From assembly GCA_047967505.1 (NCBI GenBank), contig CM106538.1: a DNA stretch of 64,000 nt; one strand, 5' to 3'. The notes under the pieces were generated by a model. The model worked only from the letters and a program-made list of their open reading frames with translations. It was not told the origin of the DNA and searched no databases. The DNA is from Dipteris shenzhenensis. Taxonomy: Eukaryota. A program made the position numbers and the translations under genes. Below are positions 1 to 12,254 of the stretch, piece by piece (position 1 is the first letter of the stretch; each line of letters starts with the position of its first letter).

Positions 1-1311
1 TGAGGCCGACTGCCATGTATGCGGCACCTTTTTGGCGGTGTGATATTTCAGCAACAGAATGGAGAAGATTTGAGCGGCTAGAAGTGATTATGGGCTCTAG
101 GATGATTCGGAGTAAGCCCTCGGTCCCCCATCAGATAGTACAGGAAGAGTTTGCCATGACCCCTCTCCAGGTTGATGCCATTTTTCAGACAGTGGCTTTC
201 CTCCACGGAGTTTGGGACCTACTTTGCGAGAGACTTCCGAGGCTGGCACACTAGTCCTTCATACGACTAGCTAAGAGTGGGGTAGGTACAGCATGGTTTG
301 CACGCATCACCGCATGGTTTGCCAGTCACGGCATTCAGATGGATTGGCTTCCCTTTAGCATGGATGCACTGCCCGAGTTGATCCCACGGGATGAGATTAA
401 CCGCATCTACGGTTAGATCTCCTCCAACTCCACACATCTCGCACTTTAGGGGGGGGGGACCAAGACTTCCCAACCAAAACCCAGCTCTACTATGACCACT
501 TTCTGAGAGTATTGAAGGATGGGCTCATCATCAGACCTCAATATCTCGAGGACAGAAGAGTCTGACACGCACAGAGGATTGCCATCAGACAAATGCGGGT
601 CTCGTCCCATCAACTGAGGATCGAGGCAGGGAGAGCTGCACGCATACTTAGAGAGCAGCGGACTTGCAGGTTGTGCACAATGGGCGTGGTCGAGACAGAG
701 GAGCACTTTCTTTGTGTCTTCCTAGCCTACTATGAGATCCGAGGGCACTACCACTGCCTTTTTCAGGAGGGGCACGACTTTGGCCCACTCTCACGTCTGA
801 TCCACTTCCAGGACCAAGTTTGTATTGGGCTCTACCTGATGGAGATGCGACGACACAAAGAGACACTACTACGACATATCAGAGAGCAGCAAGATGGGAC
901 CACCACACCACAAGGTACTAAGGTAGACCGAGCGCAGAGACAGGTCATGGATTTTTATGCATTTAACTCAGCTCCAAGGCACTCTGGGATAGAGGAGGAG
1001 GAGCTAGCCGACATGAGAGATATATGGATCGGTGGGGAGAGCCGACACAACACTACTAGGTGAGGGACACCGAGAACGTAAATGGTGCGATAGGCGACCA
1101 GAGCACATGATCGAGGTTCGACCTATTTCAGCTCTCCTTAGGGGAGATCGACCGAGGCGAGGGGTCACCCTTAACATAGCCCATCGGATCCAGAGATCGA
1201 GGAGACCACGCCCTCCACCACGGGAGACATCCTGACAGATGCAAATACGTGCGCTCTTTGCATCTCATCAGAGAGCCACCATGAAGCCTGGATACGTGGA
1301 GCCGATCCATG

Positions 1312-4293
1312 TGTAGGCCATCTTTTGGTGGTTCTAGTGATGCCCTATAGACCATGGTATGTGCCTTGTAGGCATAAGTGTAGGCACTTATTGTGTTAGT
1401 GCTTACTATGCCACGTAGGACACTTAGTCCTATGTGACACCTAGGACACTTAGTCCTAGGCCTAGATACAAGTACTTTGTACTTGTGTTTAGGAACCTTA
1501 TCTAAGTTGACGTGACTTCTTCTTCGACTTGTCCTGTACTGCACACTCTCTCTCTCTCTCTCTCTTCGTTTAGCATCTACAGTGGTATCAGAGCAGGTAT
1601 TGCTCTAGCCTTCCAGCTCTCCTCAACCCCGAGTACTCCATTGCTCATTGGAGAGTTTTCTGCCCTGCTGGTCGACACTCTCCCAGATCTGGTTCGAGGC
1701 TCTTCATCGCTATTTGCTCCGTCGTACCTTTAGTGGTACCTGCGCTATACCTGCACGCTGCATCGCCAGTAAGGCCGTACAACCGTACCTTCAGTGGTAT
1801 TCGCGTCGTACAACCATACGGTTCTGCTACGTATTGTGCATCGTTGTACTGTACTGCACGTCGCCGTACAACTGCGCGTCACCATACTGCCCGTCGCCGT
1901 ACATCGTACTGCCCGTCGCTGTACACCATATTGCCCGTCGCTGTACACCTGCGCATTGCCGTACGGAATAAGTATCTGCGACAGCCGTACGCTCTTCTCC
2001 GTACAAGTGTACTCGCACCGTACCTGCTTTGTACAGGTTCGTTTGCTCCGTACGATCATCTGCTCCGTACGTTCCCCTGCACATCAGCCGTCGTACAACT
2101 TGTACCTGCATTCCGTACACGTGTACTTTGAGAACAGCTGACCGTACAGCTTGTACCTACTCCGAGTGTTTTGTACAATTTTGAAGTGCGAATTTACTTT
2201 CAGTGGTATCTACATTTGCAATTTGGGGCTTTTGCAGGACATTGCAAAATTTGGGGCTTTCACACATTTGCCCTCTTTTTGGCCTATTTGCCCTAAATAA
2301 ATTTGGGGCTTTTGCCAAATTTGCTGTTTTTGCATCAGATTGCAGTACATTAAATCAGATTGCAGGACATTCAGTTACATTTGCAGGACATTGAGTCAGA
2401 TTTGCATACATTGGGTCACATTTGCAAAATTTCAGCAAAATTTGGGGCTTTTCTGAATTTGCCCTCTTTTTGGCTTATTTGCCCTCAATAAATTTGGGGC
2501 TTTTGCCAAATTTGCTGTTTTTGCAGTGAACATTGCCTATCACAGTCACATTTGGGTCAGATCTGCATTTGCCCTTTGATTTGGGTCAGAAAATTGCAGA
2601 TATTTGCTGTCATTTTTAGGACAGCCAGCTTATTGCAGTGATAGCCTTGAGGCTTTTGGGTTTTCCGGTCTTTTACAAGTTATCACAGTTGCTATGGCTG
2701 GGAACAATCAAGATTTATTTGGAGTTCTTCGTGAAGATGATAAGTTGGATGGCACCAACTATCCGATGTGGTCTTATCTCATGAAACATATTCTTGTTGC
2801 AAAGCAATTGTGGAATATTGTTTCTGGGGCTGATCTGAGGCCAGCCAATCCTTCAGTGGTTGTTTCTACTGCTGCACCTTCTGCAGGTGGTACTTCTCCT
2901 GATGCCTCTTCCTCTAGCACTCCAGCTGTTGCTCTTCCAACTCAAGAACAGTCTAGATGGGATGCAAGAGATGCAAATGCACATTCATGCATTGCTTTAT
3001 CATGCAAGAGAATCATTATTCCACACATCCGTTCTTGCAGGACAGCAAAGGATGCTTGGGATAAATTGGCTTCTCTATATCAGATTCGCAATAAAGCTCG
3101 TGTTGCATATTTGAGAAGGCAATTACAGGAAGTGAATATGAATGAAGGTGAGTCAATGGATGCATATTTGACAAAGGTCAAGGACCTCATGGAACAGCTT
3201 GCCAACATTGATGAAGTGGTGCCAAATTCACAGCTTGTCAGTACTACATTGAATGGACTACCAGATACATATCAAGGGTTTGCTACAACCCTTCGATTAG
3301 TGGCCATGGGTAATCCATACCACTATTCTTTTGATCAGCTTGTTACTTTGCTTTTGAAGGAAGAGCAAAGTAGAGCTAACAGACAAGCCATTATTCCTGA
3401 TCATGCATTTGCTTCACAGCAAACCATGCATGCTTACACGGATAGTGACTGGGCAAGATGTTCCGACACCAGAGTGTCACATACTGGCAATTGTTTTTTG
3501 CTTGGCAATTCATGTATTTCTTGGCTCAGCAAGAAGCAACCGACAGTTGCCACGTCTAGTTGTGAGGCTGAGTACAGGGCAGCCTTCACCGCTACAGTAG
3601 AGTGTGTTTGGCTTCGACAGTTACTTACAGATCTTGGTATTTGCCAGACATCCTCCACTATTGTCTACACTGACAGCCAGAGTGCTTTGGCCATTGCGCG
3701 TAACCCAGTGTTTCATGTGCGTACCAAGCATATTGAAGTTCACTATCATTATGTTCGGGAGCGGTTGTCAGCAGGCGACATAGAGTTGTCCTATCTTCCC
3801 ACAGAGGACAACATCGCAGATATGTTTACAAAGGCACTTCCTCGTCCCAAGTTCGAAGTCTTCCGACAGGCTTTACACTTGGTTCCCTTTGTTACATGAT
3901 CTGACATTCCTTGTACATTCATAGGTGGCTATATCCTTTTGGATGAACATGTGCCACCATGACCAGAAACTACCAGGTATTCTGAGACGTTTCCAGAGTA
4001 CTTCAGCCCATCCCATGGAGGGGGGTTTGTAGGCCATCTTTTGGTGGTTCTAGTGATGCCCTATAGGCCATGGTATGTGCCTTGTAGGCATAACTGTAGG
4101 CACTTATTGTGTTAGTGCTTACTATGCCACGTAGGACACTTAGTCCTATGTGACACCTAGGACACTTAGTCCTAGGCCTAGATACAAGTACTTTGTACTT
4201 GTGTTTAGGAACCTTATCTAAGTTGACGTGACTTCTTCTTCGGCTCGTCCTGTACTGCACACACTCTCTCTCTCTCTTCGTTTAGCATCTACA
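1312..4293 (+). mobile_element. Non-autonomous Ty1/copia LTR retrotransposon (element A)
   Basis: LTRs 1312-1581 and 4028-4293 (TG...CA, about 4 substitutions plus a microsatellite length change). 5-bp TSD CCATG (1307-1311, 4294-4298); tRNA-Met PBS TGGTATCAGAGC at 1583; PPT at about 4017-4025. Confidence 0.96.
2694..3899 (+). CDS. Copia Gag fused in frame to RNase H (PR/IN/RT absent)
   Basis: Gag (KLDGTNYPMW...LNGLPDTY) followed at about 3427 by copia RNase H (AYTDSDWA...SWLSKKQPTVATSSCEAEY...TKHIEVHYH...ADMFTKAL); no stops. Confidence 0.9.
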   Translation: MAGNNQDLFGVLREDDKLDGTNYPMWSYLMKHILVAKQLWNIVSGADLRPANPSVVVSTAAPSAGGTSPDASSSSTPAVALPTQEQSRWDARDANAHSCIALSCKRIIIPHIRSCRTAKDAWDKLASLYQIRNKARVAYLRRQLQEVNMNEGESMDAYLTKVKDLMEQLANIDEVVPNSQLVSTTLNGLPDTYQGFATTLRLVAMGNPYHYSFDQLVTLLLKEEQSRANRQAIIPDHAFASQQTMHAYTDSDWARCSDTRVSHTGNCFLLGNSCISWLSKKQPTVATSSCEAEYRAAFTATVECVWLRQLLTDLGICQTSSTIVYTDSQSALAIARNPVFHVRTKHIEVHYHYVRERLSAGDIELSYLPTEDNIADMFTKALPRPKFEVFRQALHLVPFVT

Positions 4294-4522
4294 CCATGCA
4301 CTTGGGACTCTAGCTCTGAGCACTTGATATTCTCATGCCACCCTCATGCTATTTTGCTACTTTTTTGCTATTTTGTACTAGTATAGCATTTTAGTACTCA
4401 ACAAGGGCCTTAGTGAGCCCTTTGCCCTAGCCCACAGTGGTTTGTATGAGTTACTTGATTCCGTACTTTGTCCCATAGGCCCGCGAGGCCTCCTGCGGAC
4501 GTCTCTCTCTGTCTCTCTCTCT

Positions 4523-4823
4523 CATGGCAGGAGGCATGGTCGATGGCCATGACTTCCATCATTTCTTTGGATCACAGACCCCTTAGGGAAGACGATGTTC
4601 CTCATATTTCATATTTTACATTTTGTATCTAGGCAATTTTGGTACTCTATTTCATTTCATTTTGTATCTAGGATTTTTGTAGCCATTTTTGGCATCTTAG
4701 CGGTATTACGATGAGGCCACCTAGTTGGCGCATCGTTGATGATGTATTTTCCTTTCGGATGATTTTGTGTCCCATAGGCCATGTATGGCCTTCCGTGGAC
4801 CTTTAATAAAATTTCTTTCTTCT

Positions 4824-4853
<30 letters not shown>
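4523..4853 (+). mobile_element. 5'-truncated RTE-X-like LINE 3' end inserted in the (CT)n tail of the preceding LINE
   Basis: Encodes MAGGMVDGHDFHHFFGSQTP*; near-identical to 47128-47440; stem-loop at 4769-4800 and (TTTC)/(CT)n tail. Confidence 0.85.
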
Positions 4854-4854
<1 letters not shown>

Positions 4855-5359
4855 GCAGTTCTCTTACGTTCCCTCTCACCCCTCGACTCAGCTCCATGCC
4901 CGCCTCCCCGCTTAGTTCTCCCGCTCACCTTTCAACTCAGCTCTCCACTCACCTCCTCGCTTAGCACTCCCGCTCAATGCTCCGCTCAGCTCTCGCGCTC
5001 ACCACTCCGCTCAGCGCTCACCTATCCCGCTAGCTCTCCGCTCAGCTTACCTCTCTTGTTCAGCTCTTTTGGTCGAGGGGGCGTAGATAGCAATATTGCA
5101 AGTTCCATCTGCCAAAGAGAACACTCCTAGCTGCGCTGAACCCCCAGCCCAACTAGGGGGTTAGTACAGCCAAGAGGTAGCAAGAGAATTTGCCAGCAAA
5201 GAGTGGCCCAGCCTAAACCCCCTCAACTCCAGCAGCACTGACCAGTAGAAACATATATGCCACGATTACAGCTCGAACACCCTCTCTATATGCATAGGTC
5301 TATGAATGAGGAGGTCTTTTTGACCGACCCATCATTAGGTATCATTAACATATTTTGTT

Positions 5360-5840
5360 CCTACAAGATCAGGTGAGAGAGTTGAAGATGGAACTGGTGG
5401 ATCCAATCACTAGAATCCAAGTGCTTGAAGGACTTGGTAAGCAGGAAGTAATAGATGACGTTGTCAAGCCTTGCAAGGCTTCCCCCTAACCCCGAGTTAG
5501 CCTCCACAGTCAAAGATTTAGTTCATACTGAAGTATAGACAGCCGAGAAGGAGGCCACTGTGGAGTTTGAAGCAAAGGCAAACAAAGTTGATATTCAAGA
5601 AGAGATCATAGAACATGAAGCTAGAGAGGATAATGCATTAAAAATCAGAATTGAGGGACTTCCGGACAGATGGTACAAAGAGGACTCATTTGATGATACC
5701 TTAGCACATGTCAATGCAGCTATGCCTAACATTGACTGGACAGCAAACGAGGATGACAAGCTTGACAACCCTAATGAAGATGGTGAAGCTAGAGCAGTTC
5801 GTATTGGTAAATGTAAAGGACATGCTGTCATTACATTCAA
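5360..5840 (+). pseudogene. Possible LINE ORF1 fragment
   Basis: Coiled-coil-like stretch followed by EAREDNALKIRIEGLPD, resembling the 'NLxIxGLPE' motif of LINE ORF1 RRM domains; interrupted. Confidence 0.4.
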
Positions 5841-6058
5841 TGTCATTACTTCAGTTTTTCAAGCCCACCTCATATGAGAATTAGTTATGGGATAGAGACG
5901 TTTGTCAGCATCAGCTTACAAGCCTACACATGTGGATTCAGTGGCACCTTGCTCAAGATTGCACTCACTAGTATCATCTTTCTTTGGCTTTTGCAGCACC
6001 ATTGCTTAACAAGTGGCACTTGGCTTCAAAAAATAGGCAGATCCCCAAAGCATTGGTC

Positions 6059-8719
6059 TGATGGGATATCTCAAGGTGTATGCCCCAGGCACACCTTGGT
6101 TTCTATGTGTATGTGCTAGAGGCACAGTTAGGTGCCCATAAGCACTGTTAGGTGGTGGTAGAAGCCACATAGGATGATTGAGAGAATCTAGGAGCAGATT
6201 GAGGAGATGATTGTGGAGCTCAGAGGTCATCAGCGATGTCAGTGATCATGTAAGAGGTGCCTACTTAAAGACCTCACCTTTCTTCATTCTATGAGCAAGA
6301 ATTCTCAGTTTGTGTTCAATCCATGCTTTCCTTTCAGTTCACCAACATGGTATCAGAGCCCTTTGATCCTCCTTGAGCCCATTTGTGCCACATCATCTTC
6401 TTCTTCTCCATCTTCTTCTTCTTCATCTTCACCATTTCTTCCCTTTCTTCCCAAATCTTGCTAAAGCTTGTTCTCCCTCGTTTCGCCGCCATTCTCCAAG
6501 CCCTTCCTGCTGGAGATACCCCTCGAATGGGCGAACTTCCACCTGCAAGCAATTGAAGAAAGGTTGTCGCTGCTGGTCGCCATTCCACGAAAATCGTCGA
6601 AACTGTCTTCTGCGTTTTCTCTGTGTCTGCTCCACCTTTCTCTAATTCCTTTCAGGGGAAGCTTCTCCATACCTTGGGCTATCTTGTGTTGAAATCTGAG
6701 CAGCAATGGTTGCATATTCAAGGAGAACAGAGCCAAAAACCAGTCGATTTTGATGACGCTCCAGCCAGCAATATCGCGCACCATTTCGCCCAACCTCTGT
6801 GCTAGATCTTCTTGGTATATGAGCTTTCTTTCGCTTCAGAAAGCCCTGTTTTCTTTGCTTTGAAGAGTGAGATACAAGCCCTCCAAGTTCAGGCCTCTGT
6901 TTTGGACTGTTTTGACAAGGTTGTGAGTTTGATGCTACATTAGATGCTACTTTAGCATTTCTGAGGTTTTAAAGTATTGAAAAGCATCAGTACAACTGTG
7001 GCTACAACTTTCTTTTAAGTTGATATACTTGGATTTGCTTGGAATACTTTCATTTAGTCACTTCTATGAAGCATGCAAGTGAAAGCATCATTGATTTGTA
7101 GTATGGATTTTGATTGCAAGCCTTTGCTACTCTAAATGCTTGTATTTTGAAGCTCTTCAACTCTTTCTAGCCTTGTAAGAGAGTAGACACTGCCCATTCT
7201 GGGTTAGACCCTCTCATGGCTACCATCTTGAATATGGATAAGTTCAATGGTAAGGGCTTTCACACATGGCAGATGAAGGTTAAGTTTGCATTGATGAGGG
7301 AAAACCTCTGGGGGCTTGTCAAACCGGCTTCAACTTCTTCTTCAACAGCCTCCAATGTTGGAGAATCCTCAGCTCCGACACACCCGGCAAGAGATCCTGC
7401 TAGAGAGGAGAAAGCCTATGGCACCATTGCTCTTGCTTTAGGAGATGACTATATTCATCACATCTCTGATTTGGAGTCTCCTTCTGAAGCTTGGCAGAAG
7501 CTTGATATTATTTTTGGTGCTAGCTCTCACATCTCAAAGTTGTCACTTAAGATTGCTTTCTTTGAATTAAAGATGGCTAGTGGCACTCCTTTGGCTGCCC
7601 ATGTCAATCATATGCGGAGTCTCATGACTCAACTTGCTTCTATCAACTCTTCAATCACTACAGATGATGCAATGGCAGTGTTGCTCAAGAGTATGCCTGA
7701 AGATTATGATCATGTTGTTACCACTTTGAAAAATCTTCCTAATCCTAATCTTGAAGGTCTCATTTCTGCTCTTCAAGAAGAAGAAAGGCACATGGAACTC
7801 CGGAGAGGCAATGACACAGCCTATGCCATAAAAATCCAAAAGGGCAAGTTTTCACCTTGCAAACATTGTGGAAAGACTAATCACCTCCCAAAAGACTGCT
7901 TCAAGATCAATCCATGCAAACACTATTGCAAAAACAATCACCATGAAAAGTTTTGTAGAGCCAAAAAGGAAGCAACTACAAAGTCAGAAATTGCCAATCT
8001 ACTTTCAGTTGATGTGCCTCCACAAGATGAGGCATCCTATGAAGATTATGCTTTTTGAATCATCTCCATATATGCTCCCGATCTCCCTTTTTTATGTTGA
8101 GTCAAGGTACTCAGCCTGGATAGTCCTCCAAAATGAATGAAATGAACTATTGTGTTTTGTAAACACCTCTGGTCACCATATGATGCAGGCCATGTGTATG
8201 TGTTTTACTCCATGGTACCTCCTGCAGACATTGTGTGCATGTACATGCAGGGGAGATAACCATTGGAAGGTCTTTTGTATCCCTTTTGTTTACTTCACAC
8301 CCTTGGGAATCCCTTGCTAGCATGAGAACCTAGCCATAGATTTATCCTTGACCACCATGAGATGGCATGAGAAACTATGAGACTAGATGTATCCTTGACA
8401 TAGTCTGAGGCATTCCCTTGAGGGGGGGTATGATGGGATATCTCAAGGTGTATGCCCCAGGCACACCTTGGTTTCTATGTGTGTGTGCTAGAGGCACAGT
8501 TAAGTGCCCATAAGCACTGTTAGGTGGTGGTAGAAGGCACATAGGATGATTAAGAGAATCTAGGAGCAGATTGAGGAGATGATTGTGGAGCTCAGAGGTC
8601 ATCAGTGATGTCAATGATCATGTAAGAGGTGCCTACTTAAGGACCTCACCTTTCTTCATTCTATGAGCAAGAATTCTCAGTTTGTGTTTACTCCATGCTT
8701 TCCTTTCAGTTCACCAACA
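6059..8719 (+). mobile_element. Gag-only copia-type LTR element (TR-GAG-like, element B)
   Basis: 289-bp LTRs at 6059-6347 and 8431-8719 (about 9 substitutions); TSD TGGTC; PBS TGGTATCAGAGCC at 6348; PPT GAGGGGGGG at about 8420-8428; no pol sequence. Confidence 0.95.
7216..8058 (+). CDS. Copia-type Gag with tandem zinc knuckles
   Basis: KFNGKGFHTWQMK N-terminus, LLKSMPEDY motif, CKHCGKTNHLPKDC plus a degenerate second knuckle; own ATG and TGA. Confidence 0.88.
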   Translation: MATILNMDKFNGKGFHTWQMKVKFALMRENLWGLVKPASTSSSTASNVGESSAPTHPARDPAREEKAYGTIALALGDDYIHHISDLESPSEAWQKLDIIFGASSHISKLSLKIAFFELKMASGTPLAAHVNHMRSLMTQLASINSSITTDDAMAVLLKSMPEDYDHVVTTLKNLPNPNLEGLISALQEEERHMELRRGNDTAYAIKIQKGKFSPCKHCGKTNHLPKDCFKINPCKHYCKNNHHEKFCRAKKEATTKSEIANLLSVDVPPQDEASYEDYAF

Positions 8720-10269
8720 TGGTCGTCCTAGGCTGAGACTATTTATGGGCCTGTAATTAGCCAAGGTGTATTTGAAGAACGATTCATTGCTTGAAACAGT
8801 TTCCCTTTGGTTGCCTTTGACTTTCTATTACGCTCAAGTTAAGGCAACATGACCTCGGAAGGGTCAGTCGACATTTTCCTCTATAAGGATCAATGTTTGT
8901 ATTATATTTATTTGGGCTTCATGTAAATGGTCAAAGGGGTTAATGTCAAGGTCCTTGATGAGGGTGACAAGGCACTGACTAGATCGGTCTAAGGCTATGG
9001 GTCTTAAATGCATTAAGTGGGAAATGTGCCTAAAGGCAAGTGAATAAATTGATATCCCAAGAGAGGGTAAGTAAATATGCATTTAAGAGGTACCCTAGAA
9101 TGAAGACATGTGGCATACTAGATCCATCTAGGGAATTGGGGCTTGGTGGAATATGTAAGCTGGAGCCTTCACGTAGGGGTGGTGTTCTCAGAGTTTGCTA
9201 CCACCAAGATTGGCTAGGAGGAAAATCTGAGTGCCTGCCCCGTGATTGATCGTTGAATTGGCAATATGAAGCAGGTTCAAGTATAGTGATCATTATAATT
9301 TGATATCAGAGCTGCAGGATTAAGTGGTGATGGATATGGGGTTTCATAGCGTATGAGTTTGAGGGCTCTACGTAAGGGTGGACGGAAGAGTCGAAAAGTT
9401 GTTGAAGCGCACATATTACAGATTTCCAAAGAGCTTGTTGATTGCCAAAACATCACCTCCTTCAATCACTTCGTCATTAATCAGCTTCTTCCTTTGAAAC
9501 GTCGAGCAATCAATCGTTCTTGCCTCCTTCTAGATTCCTTCCGCCAAAGTTCTGGTCCAGCAAACCACAGTAATCTTGCCGGAAGACAACGCTACCATTG
9601 ACGGCTGCACCAACGGATGTGTCCAGTAGACACTCAGCGTCGTCAAGATCGCAAGAGCACGGGCGTGGAGAAGAAAAGGGCAGATGGGCGTCGCGTGGTT
9701 TGTATGACAGCGCATGGGTGAATCTATAGCCTAGAAAGTCTGGTGACGGTGAATTGCTCTGGTGGCATTGGTTGATCGCAGTGCTTCAGGACTGTCGATG
9801 GTCACGAGCCCAATCGTTGTGGGGTTTTTGGCTCACGCGAATGTAAGGAATGTACGTAGCTACAAGAGTGTCCACTTGTTGATTGACAAAAGGGATGTTT
9901 GGAGTTTGGAGAAGGTCATGGTGAGGAGACTGCAGAGATACACAGAGGTGTAGAGTGACGTCAGTGCATAGGCAGTGGCAGTTTTGACCAGGGAGCTTTC
10001 CAACCTTTCTTGTTAAAAGAGAAGAAAATTCGATTTTGTTGGGATGTCCCTTTTGCAGTTATTTGGTAATTATAGTTAATTTAAATTGCAAAAGTTTCCC
10101 TAGCATAGGAAAGTGAACTGACAATTTGTAGTTTACAGTTTTATAGTTTGCTATATGCTTGTATAGCGGGGGTTTGAAAAGTTACTATATACAGTTGTAA
10201 ATATTATTTTTGAGTTTGTATCATTTGGATAGTAGGTGAGAGAAAAAAAAAAAACACCCATCGACCTAA

Positions 10270-11905
10270 ATGGAAGTTGAAGAAGAAGCTTCTAGGGCGG
10301 ATCCCGTAGAGTCGAGAGTCCGGCCGACCCCGCACGTGTTGCACCCAGCAGGCCATACACTGTCTGGAAGAATTGCATTATTGGAAAATGCTTTGCAACA
10401 GATTTTAGCGCAACAATTACAAGCAAAAGTAGGGCAATTTGAGCTCATAAAAATGGTTCATGGTATGTCTACTAGACCATCTCGTGAAGAGAAGGGTAAA
10501 GCTCCAATGAAGCCTAAATCCAGTGTTCATACGGTCGAGCCTAGGAGGGCTAAGGTGCCTAATAATGCCAATTATAGGCCAGAAAAGTATTCTGGTTGGA
10601 TGTATGACCGTAGTTCCGATATCATAGACCTGGTTACACAAATGGGACGAGGCCTTCGCCATTTGTGAAATCAGGAATGATATGAAGAAAATTCGCGAGG
10701 CCACCCATATGTTTAATGAGGCAGCAAATAGGTGGTGGATAAGACAACAGAAAGATGGAGTGGCATTCACTACTTGGGAGGGGTTTAAATAAGAATTTAG
10801 AAAGCACTTCTTACCTCCTGACGAAGCATCCCGAGCTTGGGATCAGTATCGAAACCTTCGTCAGAGAAATTTATCAGTGGCGGAATACACTGATAAGTTC
10901 AGAGAAAGTGTAATGAAAGTTTACGAACCTCTACATCAGTCAGTCCAAGTAAAAGATTTCATCTTTGAACTGAATGATCGGATCAAGATGGAAGTTCGGG
11001 CTAAGTATGCGAACACGCTAGATGAAGCAATTGCCATAGCCCTGAACTATGAGGATGCCAAAGGGAACATACCAAGTGGGTTTGTGCAGGTTGTGACTCG
11101 GTATGAGTACCCAAAGAAAACGGGGTTTAAGAAGAAGTGGATTAGCAAAGGGAGTGCCTCACAGCCTAGTGGTCAAGCCAAGCAGGCGAAGCCAATTGAG
11201 ACTCCTAAACCAAGTACCACCATTGGAGTGAAAAAAAAAGTAACACCAATGGCAGCTCGGGCTTGGTCGAAGTTAAACCCTAAACCTAGAGCAAAGAGAA
11301 AAAGCAAGGAGAGAAGCCTTGTGTTTTGGATGCCTTCAACCTCATCAGTGGAAAGATTGTCCACAAAATAAAGATCGTCGGATGGCTGAGATGTTGATCT
11401 CAGAATGCGACGTGGAAATGGAGGAAAGTCCCAAAGCAGAACAGATGAAGATTCAACTAGCGGGATCTTCTCAAAGGTCAGTACCTGTTTTGTTATGTAT
11501 GTCTGTTGCTAAGCTAGTAACCAATGCACCTGATAATGTCCTATCAAAGCCCGCAGCAATGGGGTATACAGCCTTTAACAATACGGACCTAATTAAGATG
11601 AAAGGACAAGTAGCCAATCATGATGTCATTGTGTTGTTTGACTCAACGTCAACGCACAATGTAATTAACTCCAAGCTTATAAAGAGGCTAAAATTAAAGA
11701 CTAGTCCATCTGACTATGCATATGCAGTCAGAATGGCAGACGGAAGTTCAACTGAAGTATGGGACCAAAGGGTTACCCAGTTAGAACTTCGATTTCAGGA
11801 CTATACAGAGAAGCTTGATTTTGAAATGACAAAGCTTGCTCACGCAGATATAGCCCTGGGTAAGGCTTGGCATTCTAGGAAGAACCCAACCATAGATTGG
11901 AATCT
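10270..11905 (+). pseudogene. Ty3/gypsy gag-protease remnant
   Basis: Fragmented gag (AANRWW...F..HFLP, LRQ..SVAEY), knuckle CFGCLQPHQWKDC, protease VLFDSTSTHNVI...DIALGKAW...NPTIDW; frameshifts and stops. Confidence 0.8.
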
Positions 11906-12254
11906 GTGTGTGTGTCAAAGATACCTCAAGGCCAAGCTTGCAGAACCAAGCACAACGCTGTTGGAGCACTCATTACCCTACTCTCAAATCGAGTGCAATG
12001 CATAGATGATGTCTAGCCAGATGTCGACTAGGGTGGCTGCAAAGATCATAAAGCTGGCCGATGCACCTTGCAACCCAAATACACCAAACTATGACAGTTG
12101 TATCAGAGATTGTCCTACACACGTGGAATTCCAATGAGATGATGTGGCAAGGTCACTTGCACACATGGTAGATAAGTGATATTGACTTTGGTAGGTAGAA
12201 ACATATAGCACGTCAATCTGTTGGTTTGTGCACATGTACATGGTGAATTCTCTC

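Larger units (their letters stand above)
1..4522 (+). mobile_element. RTE-X-like LINE, degenerate 3' part (post-RT region, zinc finger, 3' UTR), split by an LTR element at 1312-4293
   Basis: MYAAPFW... and RVSSHQLRIEAGR...CRLC...ETEEHFLC motifs are homologous to the LINE at 22.6-26.8 kb. An uninterrupted copy of the same 3' end lies at 50190-50865. Ends in a stem-loop plus (CT)n. Confidence 0.85.

Noticed and set aside
1648-2141. Several overlapping 100-130 aa ORFs (also at 12668-13244 and 43284-43713)
   Set aside because: By-products of the stop-poor GTAC-rich leader arrays; no domain-like content.
6059-6347. Retrozyme-type hammerhead in the LTR of B (CTGATGA on minus strand)
   Set aside because: No downstream stem II and GAAAC.
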